From IMG/VR virus record IMGVR_UViG_3300011429_000016, positions 1-25,364 of that record: a stretch of DNA of 25,364 bases. One strand, given 5' to 3'. Both the position numbers and the translations under genes were made by a program. Shown here piece after piece: positions 16,616 through 24,705 of this stretch (position 1 is the first letter of the stretch; the number at the start of each line of letters is the position of its first letter). The notes beneath the pieces were generated by a model. It had not been told where the DNA came from and made no database searches. It saw only the letters and a list, made by a program, of their open reading frames with translations. The DNA is from a virus (Duplodnaviria > Caudoviricetes).

Positions 16616-17590
16616 GACTGGGTCTCCTTTCGATTGACCTTGTTGATCCTGTTGAACCTTCACATCCACAGGAATGAAATCCGTCTCACTCCTGACTTCT
16701 TCTGTTTCCGCCGACAAAACGACTGTCCCGGAATCCCGTATCTTGTAGCCTCGCCGGAGGGTCTTGGACTGGCTGTCGCTGAACTCCACGTAGACGAAGA
16801 CATCATCGAATACTGCGAGTACGTAACACCAGACGCCGTCTACAGCTGTTGCTTGTAGAGCCGCTTGTAGCGCGTCCCTTCTGGAGACGTCGGATATGTC
16901 CTTATTGAACTTGAGCGCCGAGGCGATTCCGGCCATCACCTTTTGAAATGTCGTCTTTTGGTCACAGTTCGTCTTGAGCTCGGACATGATCGGAGTCCCA
17001 TCCTTGTTCATACGGGGAGCGCCACAACCGTCTTCTATAGAACAGGCACCCTTTGTGCCTTCATCCAAGATCGCCAAGTGGTCGGGGACGATATTGCGCC
17101 AAACCCCTCTGTAAGCTTCGCCCTGATACGTCCCTTTAACGTCCTCCGTATCAGCGAACAAGCCCGTACTGACTTCTACCGGGGTATCCGACTCGAATCT
17201 ATCCAGAAGCTTTTTGCCGGATCGATCTTTGTGTAGCCATATCTCGGACTTGAGTTTCTTGCCATCCAAGACGGAGTTGAATAACTGTCCTACGACCTTC
17301 GAATCCCACAGATCAGTGGAATTGGCACTAACCGGCGCTCCTTGTTCGTTCTTGGGGTGTCCTTCGAGGACCGGACGACCATTCCATCCTTCGATAAACC
17401 TTCCGAACTCCTCCGCCAGGGCTAATTCGGGGGCAGGAGCATTGGATGGGTGGAGGACACCCTCCACCAAGGCGACCACAGGTATTACGCGATAGGTTGC
17501 GCCGGCGAGCTCAGCGTCGCGTAGGCTTCCCTTCTGGACCCTTAGGCCGACAGTGCGGTACTTTCTTTCGGTGGTCTGAGAAGCAGGCAT
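16139..17590 (-). CDS. DUF2213-type prohead protease fused to scaffold region
   Basis: WNGRPVLEGHP, VEVSTG, IVPDHLAIL..G.KGACS..DGCG motifs; Ala/Lys/Glu-rich coiled-coil C-terminal part. Confidence 0.85.
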   Translation of the reverse strand: MPASQTTERKYRTVGLRVQKGSLRDAELAGATYRVIPVVALVEGVLHPSNAPAPELALAEEFGRFIEGWNGRPVLEGHPKNEQGAPVSANSTDLWDSKVVGQLFNSVLDGKKLKSEIWLHKDRSGKKLLDRFESDTPVEVSTGLFADTEDVKGTYQGEAYRGVWRNIVPDHLAILDEGTKGACSIEDGCGAPRMNKDGTPIMSELKTNCDQKTTFQKVMAGIASALKFNKDISDVSRRDALQAALQATAVDGVWCYVLAVFDDVFVYVEFSDSQSKTLRRGYKIRDSGTVVLSAETEEVRSETDFIPVDVKVQQDQQGQSKGDPVMTDAEKVVKDAADAKAAADLKAAADAKVAAAVKEAKEKAEAVAAAEAKTKAEAEAKAKQNASIANYIEAAPEGFRKELQTAVAYMAARKAGLVKALSGKSELSEADLNGLEPTVLEKMCKALQAPGADDITFLGHNPAARTSEERFTPPTPVFPRKAA

Positions 17591-17609
17591 TTATCGTCCC
17601 ATTTCGACT

Positions 17610-17639
17610 ATTATACGCTAGCTACCAAGGGCACATCAA
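17610..17639 (-). promoter_or_regulatory. Putative sigma70-type promoter for head genes
   Basis: Minus strand TTGATG (17639-17634), 18-nt spacer, perfect TATAAT (17615-17610), in the largest intergenic gap. Confidence 0.5.
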
Positions 17640-17715
17640 GATGTACCACTATGGAATATAATGGTCAATCTTGGCCACCTACGGCCTCCCCTCTCATGAG
17701 GTCGGTGCCAGTGGC

Positions 17716-18027
17716 TTACGCGCATTGATTCCGCACCCATACTGTATCGCTTAGCCTCAGCTCTTGGTCTGCACTGGTCGTAATTTTGCAGGATATGCAG
17801 TACAAGACTCCGTTAACTCCGTCGGCAATGAGATGCAAGATCTTACTGCCTTGGTAAACAGGGGTACCCGAGAGCATGCTCTCGGAGGCAGGATCAGCGC
17901 CCTTCAACACCACGATAGACCAGACAGCGCTGCCTGACATGATGGTTTCGCCAACCCCTAGGAGGGCTGCGAATTCGAAGGAGAAGTATTCCTTCTCGAT
18001 CGGGTCTTTCGGGGGCACAAAGGGCAT
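17716..18027 (-). CDS. Small fibre-adaptor-like virion protein
   Basis: PKDP.EKEYFSFEFAALLG.GETI....W and G..G..Y.ISCKITTS motifs resemble phage fibre-tail adaptor proteins; SD AGGAG. Confidence 0.6.
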   Translation of the reverse strand: MPFVPPKDPIEKEYFSFEFAALLGVGETIMSGSAVWSIVVLKGADPASESMLSGTPVYQGSKILHLIADGVNGVLYCISCKITTSADQELRLSDTVWVRNQCA

Positions 18028-18044
18028 ATTGACTCCTATGTTAA

Positions 18045-21000
18045 TTACCGTTCGTCTTTAGTACCGACGTATACTCGACGCCTCTTACCTACTACTTCAC
18101 GTGTCCTTGGAACGCCTACATGGATATGTATAGTAGGTGCTAGGAATGCGTAGGCCTCAACCATCTTAGGAGGATGGCCGGTGAAGAAGAGGTTTCGTCC
18201 ATCAGGATACACTTGTAAGAACAGTATCATTCCAGGTATTAGCCCACTCATTTGGAGGGCTCCTGCGCCTGGCAACGCGACTACGTTATGCGTGACGTCG
18301 ATAGTCGGGAGTTGCCCTGTAATGGTAAGTGTACCATTATCAGGCCACATTCTAGCCTCGTCAGAGGCGTCAGTGTTGGGCGAGTAAGTACTTATGGATA
18401 TACTGCCAACTCCTACGTGCTGTACCGGACTACCTCCGTACACTAGCGTCGGAGCGAGAGACGTGATCTGCAGGGCGTCAAAGGAAGGCTGTACAGTATG
18501 ATGATCCGTAGCCACACACGCTGGAGCCAACCCCGTAAATTGCGCGGTTGCGATAGAAGGCGTAGCTACCTTATGATCCGTCGCGATCGCAGTCGGGGCG
18601 AGAGGCGTAATTGCGAGGTTGCCTACACCGGGAGTAGCAGCAATATGAGCAGTGATAGACGGAGCAAGACCCGTAAATACGACTGCTCTTACATTGGGCT
18701 GCGCTACTTTGGAATCCCCACTTATAGCTGCCGGAGTTTCTCCAGTAAAGGTAAGCGCTCTGACACCGGGCTGCACGACCTTTTGGTCGCTAGACTGCGG
18801 TATCGGTACTAGGCCAGAGAAGGCTGTCGATCCAACTCCAGGATTTACTACGTGGTGATCCGTAGCTAGTCGTACTGGAGTAAGACCCTGTATACTCAGG
18901 ACGCCGCTGTTCGGCTGTATAGCCACCCCTATAGAAGCTACCGGAGCTAGGCCAGTGAAGGACAGCGACCGTATGCCAACGCTGATAATGGAATTGACTG
19001 ATGCTACAGGAGCCAATCCAGAGAACGTAACTGTTCGGACCCCAACGCCAATTTGAAGAGGCGTTACAAGAATCGGGAGCTGCCCCGTAAACTGGAGGGT
19101 TCTAACTCCGACAGGTATAACAGATCCCGCTAGAATCGTAGGTAGCTGCCCAGTAATAGCTAAGGTTCGGACACCGGGTAGCGCAACAACAGGTATCCCA
19201 ACCTCCGGCGTTACATCATACGCATCTAGAGCAAGGAAGTCCGTTGCATCCCTGACGGGGGCTAAACCAGAGATAGTGACTGTACGGACTCCTACTGCAA
19301 TCGTTTGCGGGCCGGTTACGTCCCTGATAGGAGTTTGGCCAGTAAACGAGAGTGTACGGACACTTGGTTGAGCTGTGACATTAGCTGCTACGGTAAGCGT
19401 AGGCAGGACGTCGTAGTTCGTTTCAACCAGCTCTTCGAGTCGCCCTGTAAAGGCAAGTGTTCTAACACCTGGCTGTACAATGACTCCCGTCAATATCGTC
19501 GGAGCCAGCCCAGAGAAGCTAAGTGTCCTTACTCCGACACCTATGTTATAGCTAACTGCGGGCGTCGGCGCTAACCCGCTAATCTGTAGGGATCCTACAC
19601 TGGGTGTTAGTACTTTATCTCCGCCAACTGACGGAGTTAACCCTGAGAAGGTTACGCCTCTTACCCCAACTGAAATGGCATAGGACACATTCGTAAGAGG
19701 AGTAAGTCCAGATAGGACTAAAGTTCCGCTACTTGGCGTGAGTACTTTATCTCCTGTGATAGCCGGGGTCTGTCCTGAAATCGATAGGCTTCTTACTCCT
19801 ACCGAAATAGTATAGGATACGTTCGTTAGAGGAACGAGACCGCTGATCTGCAGAAGGCCTACGCCGGGAGCAGCCGCAACAGCTAAGAAGACGGTAGGAG
19901 CTTGTCCAGTGAAGACTAGAGAGCCAGCAGCAGGAGCAGCCGCTAGGCCTTGAAGAGTAAGCTCAGGAATGACATCGTAGTTCGTTTCCTGAGCTTCTGG
20001 CGCTATGCCTACGATGGATAAGGAGCCGGCAGCTGGCTGGGCTGCGACACCTACTCCTAGCGTAGGAGCTAGTCCTGTAAAGGACAGTGAGCCAATACCT
20101 GGAGTAAATAGGTAGCTGACGTTTAGTACCGGAGTTAGTCTTGTAATTGTTAAGCTGCCTACTCCAGGCAAGAGAGCTAGACCACTTGATGCTATAGGTG
20201 CTTGGCCAGTGATAGCTACGGATCTTACCCCAATCGTTATGTTGTAGGAGATATTGACGATTGGGGTAAGGCCCGTGAGTACTAGAGAGGCAGCAGCAGG
20301 GAAGGCAGCAATGCCGACTGCAATTGTCGGAGCTAGTCCTGTAAATGAAACCGTTCTTACTCCCGGCACTGCAACGACCGCAGCTTCTGCGACCGTGAGT
20401 AATGGGGTGACATCGTAATTCGACTCCTGGGCTTCCGGAGTAGGACATGTAATACTGATCGCGCCTACTCCGGGCGAGAACGACCGGTCTAATGTTAGAG
20501 ATAGGGTCGGAGTTTGTCCCGATATTACAAGGGCATCTATATCGGGGAAGCGAGGAATAGTAGCCGGATTGAGGAAGGTAATAGTTTCCGCGATATTGAA
20601 CCACGACATCGTGATACCCGTCGCTCCATTATGGTATAGGAACGCGGAGCCACTGCTCATCGTACCAACGTTGACCGCGAAGAGCTTTAGTACAAGACGA
20701 TCGCCTTGGGCGATGGCTGTGTCGGTTACGTTTCCGGACCAAGCACGAGTAGCTGTAGTAGTGCTAAGCTCTGTTCCTTGTGCGAAAGGACCGCCAGCTA
20801 TTTCCGTCTCTGTTCCAGCGGGATTACGGCTATAGACGCGATAGCTTAAGCCAGCATTAACACCAGTCGCCGACTCCCTTCCACCAACGCTAATATCCGT
20901 AGTAGTTAAGGTAAAGGCGGTATCTGCAGCCCCTGATACCCAGTTCATCAGGGCCCCACCAGCGGTAGCAGTTAGCTGGATGCTAGTACCGCCAATGGTA

Positions 21001-21116
21001 GTAGTCGTAGTACGCTGAGCCGTCCCAGCCGCAGCGGCCGTGGCGGTGGTCATGTCATAGTACGTGCTCCCGATGTTATTGGTTTGTGCCGATAGGAGCT
21101 TTAGCTGTGTAGTCAT
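18045..21116 (-). CDS. Ser/Thr/Gly/Val/Pro-rich repeat protein, putative virion filament/fibre
   Basis: ~185-aa N-terminal beta-rich domain, ~33 degenerate 20-26-aa repeats (consensus ~PGVRSLxFTGLAP), basic C-terminus. Confidence 0.7.
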   Translation of the reverse strand: MTTQLKLLSAQTNNIGSTYYDMTTATAAAAGTAQRTTTTTIGGTSIQLTATAGGALMNWVSGAADTAFTLTTTDISVGGRESATGVNAGLSYRVYSRNPAGTETEIAGGPFAQGTELSTTTATRAWSGNVTDTAIAQGDRLVLKLFAVNVGTMSSGSAFLYHNGATGITMSWFNIAETITFLNPATIPRFPDIDALVISGQTPTLSLTLDRSFSPGVGAISITCPTPEAQESNYDVTPLLTVAEAAVVAVPGVRTVSFTGLAPTIAVGIAAFPAAASLVLTGLTPIVNISYNITIGVRSVAITGQAPIASSGLALLPGVGSLTITRLTPVLNVSYLFTPGIGSLSFTGLAPTLGVGVAAQPAAGSLSIVGIAPEAQETNYDVIPELTLQGLAAAPAAGSLVFTGQAPTVFLAVAAAPGVGLLQISGLVPLTNVSYTISVGVRSLSISGQTPAITGDKVLTPSSGTLVLSGLTPLTNVSYAISVGVRGVTFSGLTPSVGGDKVLTPSVGSLQISGLAPTPAVSYNIGVGVRTLSFSGLAPTILTGVIVQPGVRTLAFTGRLEELVETNYDVLPTLTVAANVTAQPSVRTLSFTGQTPIRDVTGPQTIAVGVRTVTISGLAPVRDATDFLALDAYDVTPEVGIPVVALPGVRTLAITGQLPTILAGSVIPVGVRTLQFTGQLPILVTPLQIGVGVRTVTFSGLAPVASVNSIISVGIRSLSFTGLAPVASIGVAIQPNSGVLSIQGLTPVRLATDHHVVNPGVGSTAFSGLVPIPQSSDQKVVQPGVRALTFTGETPAAISGDSKVAQPNVRAVVFTGLAPSITAHIAATPGVGNLAITPLAPTAIATDHKVATPSIATAQFTGLAPACVATDHHTVQPSFDALQITSLAPTLVYGGSPVQHVGVGSISISTYSPNTDASDEARMWPDNGTLTITGQLPTIDVTHNVVALPGAGALQMSGLIPGMILFLQVYPDGRNLFFTGHPPKMVEAYAFLAPTIHIHVGVPRTREVVGKRRRVYVGTKDER
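18170..20561 (-). repeat. Coding repeat array, ~33 degenerate units
   Basis: Manual alignment of units such as PGVRTVSFTGLAP, VGVRSLSISGQTP, PSVGSLQISGLAP; DNA is diverged but AGTACTTTATCTCC recurs at 19609 and 19741 (132 bp apart). Confidence 0.85.
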
Positions 21117-21117
21117 T

Positions 21118-21978
21118 TCAGAACTCGTACACCATTGACTGTGAGGTATCTTCTTTCACCACTGTCCGATCAACAGGGTTTAAGAGGTCCTTTTGGGAGT
21201 TGACTTCCTTACGACCCATGCCAGCTAGAGTCCAAGCTAACATGCCATCGCCATGTACTATGTACTCACATCGCCGATGTCCTGTATACTCTAGCAGGTC
21301 GAAGAAGTCTACCATCGCATTGTACATGGTAGTCGAGGTCTCGAATATCTTGCCCGCCACTTTGTTCTTAAACCGAGACTTATGGATTTCTCCGCTATGT
21401 GACCCGGCCCATACCTGCTCTCCACGGTATGAACAATCCATGCCGTGGATATCGATCTTTCTGGCACCGAGCCTAAGTAGCAGATTCAGAGCCCGTCCGC
21501 CGACAGTTGTTCCTCCCTGAACTAGCTGTGAACCAGGGTCTAACTGTAGTAGTAACTCACGGATTCTAGCCGAGATGTTACCCTCATCTCGATGCCACAT
21601 GCGTATCTTAAATCCTTGGAGTTGTTCGAAGATGCTCGAGTGGCAGCAGGAAGCAATAAGGTAGGTAGTCATCTCCTGCGGTTTTTGTAGGAAAGCAGCC
21701 TTATGTGGGCGAGAATCGCATTCCACGTGGTAGATAGGGATAATTCCGCGCTCAACTAGGAAGTCATGCGCCCCGCTTACGCTGACCACCGACTGGCCTC
21801 TCATCCTCTCCCAGGTATCCAGTAAGGAGGGGCCGTAACAGGCAAGCGCAAATTTGCGTGGGAGCGTAAGGTTGGACGGCGAAAAACGAGTTATGCCTTT
21901 GCGGGCAATATTCTGTCTCATCCTCTCTAGTATCTCATCCGGAGAGGAGGCAAGATTCGCGGCGAACTGAAGCATCAT
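21118..21978 (-). CDS. DUF115 / Maf (motility-associated factor)-type glycosyltransferase-like protein (MptE-like fold)
   Basis: ALACYGPSL, VSVSGAHDFLVERGIIP.YHVECDSR, YLIASCCH and GGTTVG.RAL.L...LGARKIDIHGMDCSY match the family's typical pattern (GPSL ... G.D.S). Confidence 0.7.
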   Translation of the reverse strand: MMLQFAANLASSPDEILERMRQNIARKGITRFSPSNLTLPRKFALACYGPSLLDTWERMRGQSVVSVSGAHDFLVERGIIPIYHVECDSRPHKAAFLQKPQEMTTYLIASCCHSSIFEQLQGFKIRMWHRDEGNISARIRELLLQLDPGSQLVQGGTTVGGRALNLLLRLGARKIDIHGMDCSYRGEQVWAGSHSGEIHKSRFKNKVAGKIFETSTTMYNAMVDFFDLLEYTGHRRCEYIVHGDGMLAWTLAGMGRKEVNSQKDLLNPVDRTVVKEDTSQSMVYEF

Positions 21979-21979
21979 G

Positions 21980-24358
21980 TTAAGTGCTCTTCGTTACCCT
22001 GAACTGGTACCGCTCGTTTTGGACTGCTGGGGAGGTCAAGATAATCGACCACTCCAACTCCGTATATTCATCCGCGACTATGGTAATGTAGTCAGCTCCA
22101 TTCTCATCATCCCACATCCTACCATCGGAGAAGTTAGCCGTCGTCTTACCTGCTGGCGCCGTAAGTTGAGCAGTCGTCACTTCGCCCCCTGCTGTGATGT
22201 TAGCAGAGGCATTCATTCTTACTGCTCCCTCTCCGCTCTTCACCACTAGCCAGGTAGAGTCGGCGGGCTTCTTGTACTCGAGTCGGTAGCGCTTGGTGCC
22301 CTGGTCTCCCCCAGTATTGATAGTGGCGCGAAGGCGAAGCGGTTGGTCAAGCGCGAGCAAGATGTTGGTGTCTTGTGCTGCCTTCCAAGTCGCGCTGCTT
22401 TCGGAGCCGTCGTCGTTTCGGAAGCGGAACCCTTCCTGAGCCAAAGCTTGTACATCCCAAGGCATCGAGGTGCCTTCATCGAACTCAAACGCGCCCGTAT
22501 CCATGTTTTCGCCCGGAGTGCCTTGCGGGCGGAACTTGTTGAAGAAGTCCTTAAATACGGGAACATCAACCGTTGCATCTCCGCGCTCCGGCGCGCTTGA
22601 ACGCAACAAGAAGTGACCCGGAACCGGACTCGAATTGGGGAAGCCCCCTCCACTACCATTGGTGCCTACCCAAGTATTGCTAGGAGTGGCGACAAAGGTA
22701 TTATCCGACTGGTTCGCTCCTACGACGTTTCCGGGATCATACAGCATACCTCTAACCGTGTAATTGCCGGCCCAAGCGAGGTTACCCCTCACGCGCACGT
22801 TCGTGGTGCCCACCCCATTATCGACCGCCACGAACTGGAAGCCTTGGTTGGGATCGCTACTGGTATTGGTCTTCATCGTGTAGCCGGTGTTGAGGTATAC
22901 CTCTACGTCCGTCACCGCTGGCTGGCTCCCAGGTCCTTGGAACTTAACCGTCACCGGACGATTCTCAAACTCTGATCCCTGGTTGAAGTCAAAGAAGTTA
23001 TTACGTACCGTGTAATAACCCGTGTAGGTATAAAGCATCTGGAAACAATTCGGCGACGCGACGCACCAATTATCCTCGAAAACCCACGTCTCAAGTTCCT
23101 GGTGGTCGGTACCATTGTCTGGTCCGATGTCAATCCACCAGATGTCGCCCTGTCCCGGCCCCGGCCCTCCTTCATTCAGCGCAAGGGAGAAGGTAGTTCC
23201 GTATTGCATGTACTTGCAACAAGACAAAACCATTTCCCGCGCGATTGGGGAAGCTGTCAGCGCGTTGTGGAGCTTCACGTGCTGGCGCCCGCTCTGTGCG
23301 CCGATAATGGTGCTGTTGGAAAGAACCAGACCCATCGGGTGGCCATTGCGAATAGCACCATTACCGAGGTTCAGTATCTCAGTCTGGGTGATGCGACAGT
23401 TGAACATCGTCGAGTGCACCCACTCGCCGTAGAGCACGTTGGCGGTATCGTTGCCCGTCTTCGTGGTAAGGTCGCAGTCATGGTAGAACATATAGCTCTG
23501 CTGCATTGTCCAGATGCCGCGAGCGAGGCCAGTACCGGTGATATTGAGGAAGAGAACCCCATCATGCCTCCGGTTCTCGTGAAAGTTTCCTCCATCATCA
23601 CCAAGGTAGTTGAATATGTCGATGTCGGTATGCCCGTTACCATCGAAATCCAGGTCGTAGAAGGTCAGATCATTACGAGGCCCGCCGCTATTGCCGCTTC
23701 TCAGGAAAACAATGCCATTCGCAGTTGCTTGGATGAGGGTGTTTGCCCCCGAGCCAAAAGATCCAACCTGACAAGGCCCCCCTATGTTCCTAAAACCGCT
23801 ACCCGGGCCAGTAAGCGTTTGGCCTTTAGTCGCTAGCACGCGAAGACCGGCGCCGGTCAAAGCCATAAGCTCCGAAACGGTATCTATATTGGCTCGGCAA
23901 TCTGCACCCGTCGGACAACCATTAACCCCGGGAGTCGGAGCCGTACTAGTAGCAGAGGTCGCGATTGTATTCGTACCGGAGAAAACAGTTGCAGGATCCT
24001 GTACCGTAAGAGTAATGCTGCTATCAGAAGCAACGCTCGCACCGTCTGATAGATAGGTTGCCGGTGTACGAGAATGGGAGCCGGAGCCTTCGGTTTCCCG
24101 GTAGACGTGGGAAGCAATTAGCCCCCATGTAACGTCTTTCGTGCGAGTAGGGTCGGCTGCATGCTGACAAGTGCCGGTACCAGAGGCGTTAGGGTCGTTC
24201 CAGATCGTACGGCAAAGCATGTTCCTGAAATTCAGGTTGAGACTGGTCCCGTAGATCGTGGACTCTGATAGTGAGCAACGCATACGAAAGCCGTGAGGTG
24301 AAACCCCGATCTGGCTTCCGTTCTGGCTCAAAATCGTACGGGTGATGGAAATGCTCAT
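21980..24358 (-). CDS. Right-handed beta-helix (pectin-lyase-like) virion protein, putative receptor-binding/depolymerase, with extra N- and C-terminal domains
   Basis: Asn/Gly/Thr-rich beta-helix-like repeats (WVFEDNW, YTVRNNFF, VEVYLNTG, VRVRGNL), closing motif DFFNKFRP....DTGAFEF, PKD-like N-terminus. Confidence 0.6.
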   Translation of the reverse strand: MSISITRTILSQNGSQIGVSPHGFRMRCSLSESTIYGTSLNLNFRNMLCRTIWNDPNASGTGTCQHAADPTRTKDVTWGLIASHVYRETEGSGSHSRTPATYLSDGASVASDSSITLTVQDPATVFSGTNTIATSATSTAPTPGVNGCPTGADCRANIDTVSELMALTGAGLRVLATKGQTLTGPGSGFRNIGGPCQVGSFGSGANTLIQATANGIVFLRSGNSGGPRNDLTFYDLDFDGNGHTDIDIFNYLGDDGGNFHENRRHDGVLFLNITGTGLARGIWTMQQSYMFYHDCDLTTKTGNDTANVLYGEWVHSTMFNCRITQTEILNLGNGAIRNGHPMGLVLSNSTIIGAQSGRQHVKLHNALTASPIAREMVLSCCKYMQYGTTFSLALNEGGPGPGQGDIWWIDIGPDNGTDHQELETWVFEDNWCVASPNCFQMLYTYTGYYTVRNNFFDFNQGSEFENRPVTVKFQGPGSQPAVTDVEVYLNTGYTMKTNTSSDPNQGFQFVAVDNGVGTTNVRVRGNLAWAGNYTVRGMLYDPGNVVGANQSDNTFVATPSNTWVGTNGSGGGFPNSSPVPGHFLLRSSAPERGDATVDVPVFKDFFNKFRPQGTPGENMDTGAFEFDEGTSMPWDVQALAQEGFRFRNDDGSESSATWKAAQDTNILLALDQPLRLRATINTGGDQGTKRYRLEYKKPADSTWLVVKSGEGAVRMNASANITAGGEVTTAQLTAPAGKTTANFSDGRMWDDENGADYITIVADEYTELEWSIILTSPAVQNERYQFRVTKST

Positions 24359-24705
24359 GCTGCCGCCCGATAAAAGCCGTCCTTAAAGATGGCCGACTCA
24401 CAGAGCTTTGCTGGTTCTGGCTTCGACGCGTAGGCGCTCCACACGAGGTGCGGGATAGGACGCTTGAAGGCCCACACCAGCTTCCCGATCTCCCGCTGCT
24501 CGGGTTTTAGCGAGTCCTGATCATTGATTGGCAAATACCAGCGCCAGTAGTGAGTCGCCCACCAATCCATCAGCGTCATGTAGATGTTCAGTAGGTGCTG
24601 CTCTTCGGTCATCCCGGGGGGCAACTTATCGCCTGGCTGCCGAACGCGACGCGCGACCTCCTGCCAAGAGAGCAGCTTGCTTTCGGTTTGAATCAGCTCC
24701 CTCAT
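24355..24705 (-). CDS. Hypothetical protein (Trp-rich)
   Basis: 116 aa with ATGA overlaps at both ends (24702-24705 and 24355-24358), so coupled within the operon. Confidence 0.7.
   Translation of the reverse strand: MRELIQTESKLLSWQEVARRVRQPGDKLPPGMTEEQHLLNIYMTLMDWWATHYWRWYLPINDQDSLKPEQREIGKLVWAFKRPIPHLVWSAYASKPEPAKLCESAIFKDGFYRAAA

Noticed and set aside
14580-16858. Long plus-strand ORFs (196, 240, 169, 159 aa)
   Set aside because: Antisense shadows of GC3-rich head genes; no recognisable motifs
17657-17715. Plus-strand TATAAT at 17657-17662 and a weak hairpin after the adaptor gene
   Set aside because: No matching -35 or plus-strand gene; hairpin is imperfect with no U-tract
19963-20604. 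213-aa alternative-frame minus-strand ORF rich in Ser/Arg/Cys/Tyr
   Set aside because: Composition expected from off-frame reading of T-ending codons in the repeat gene
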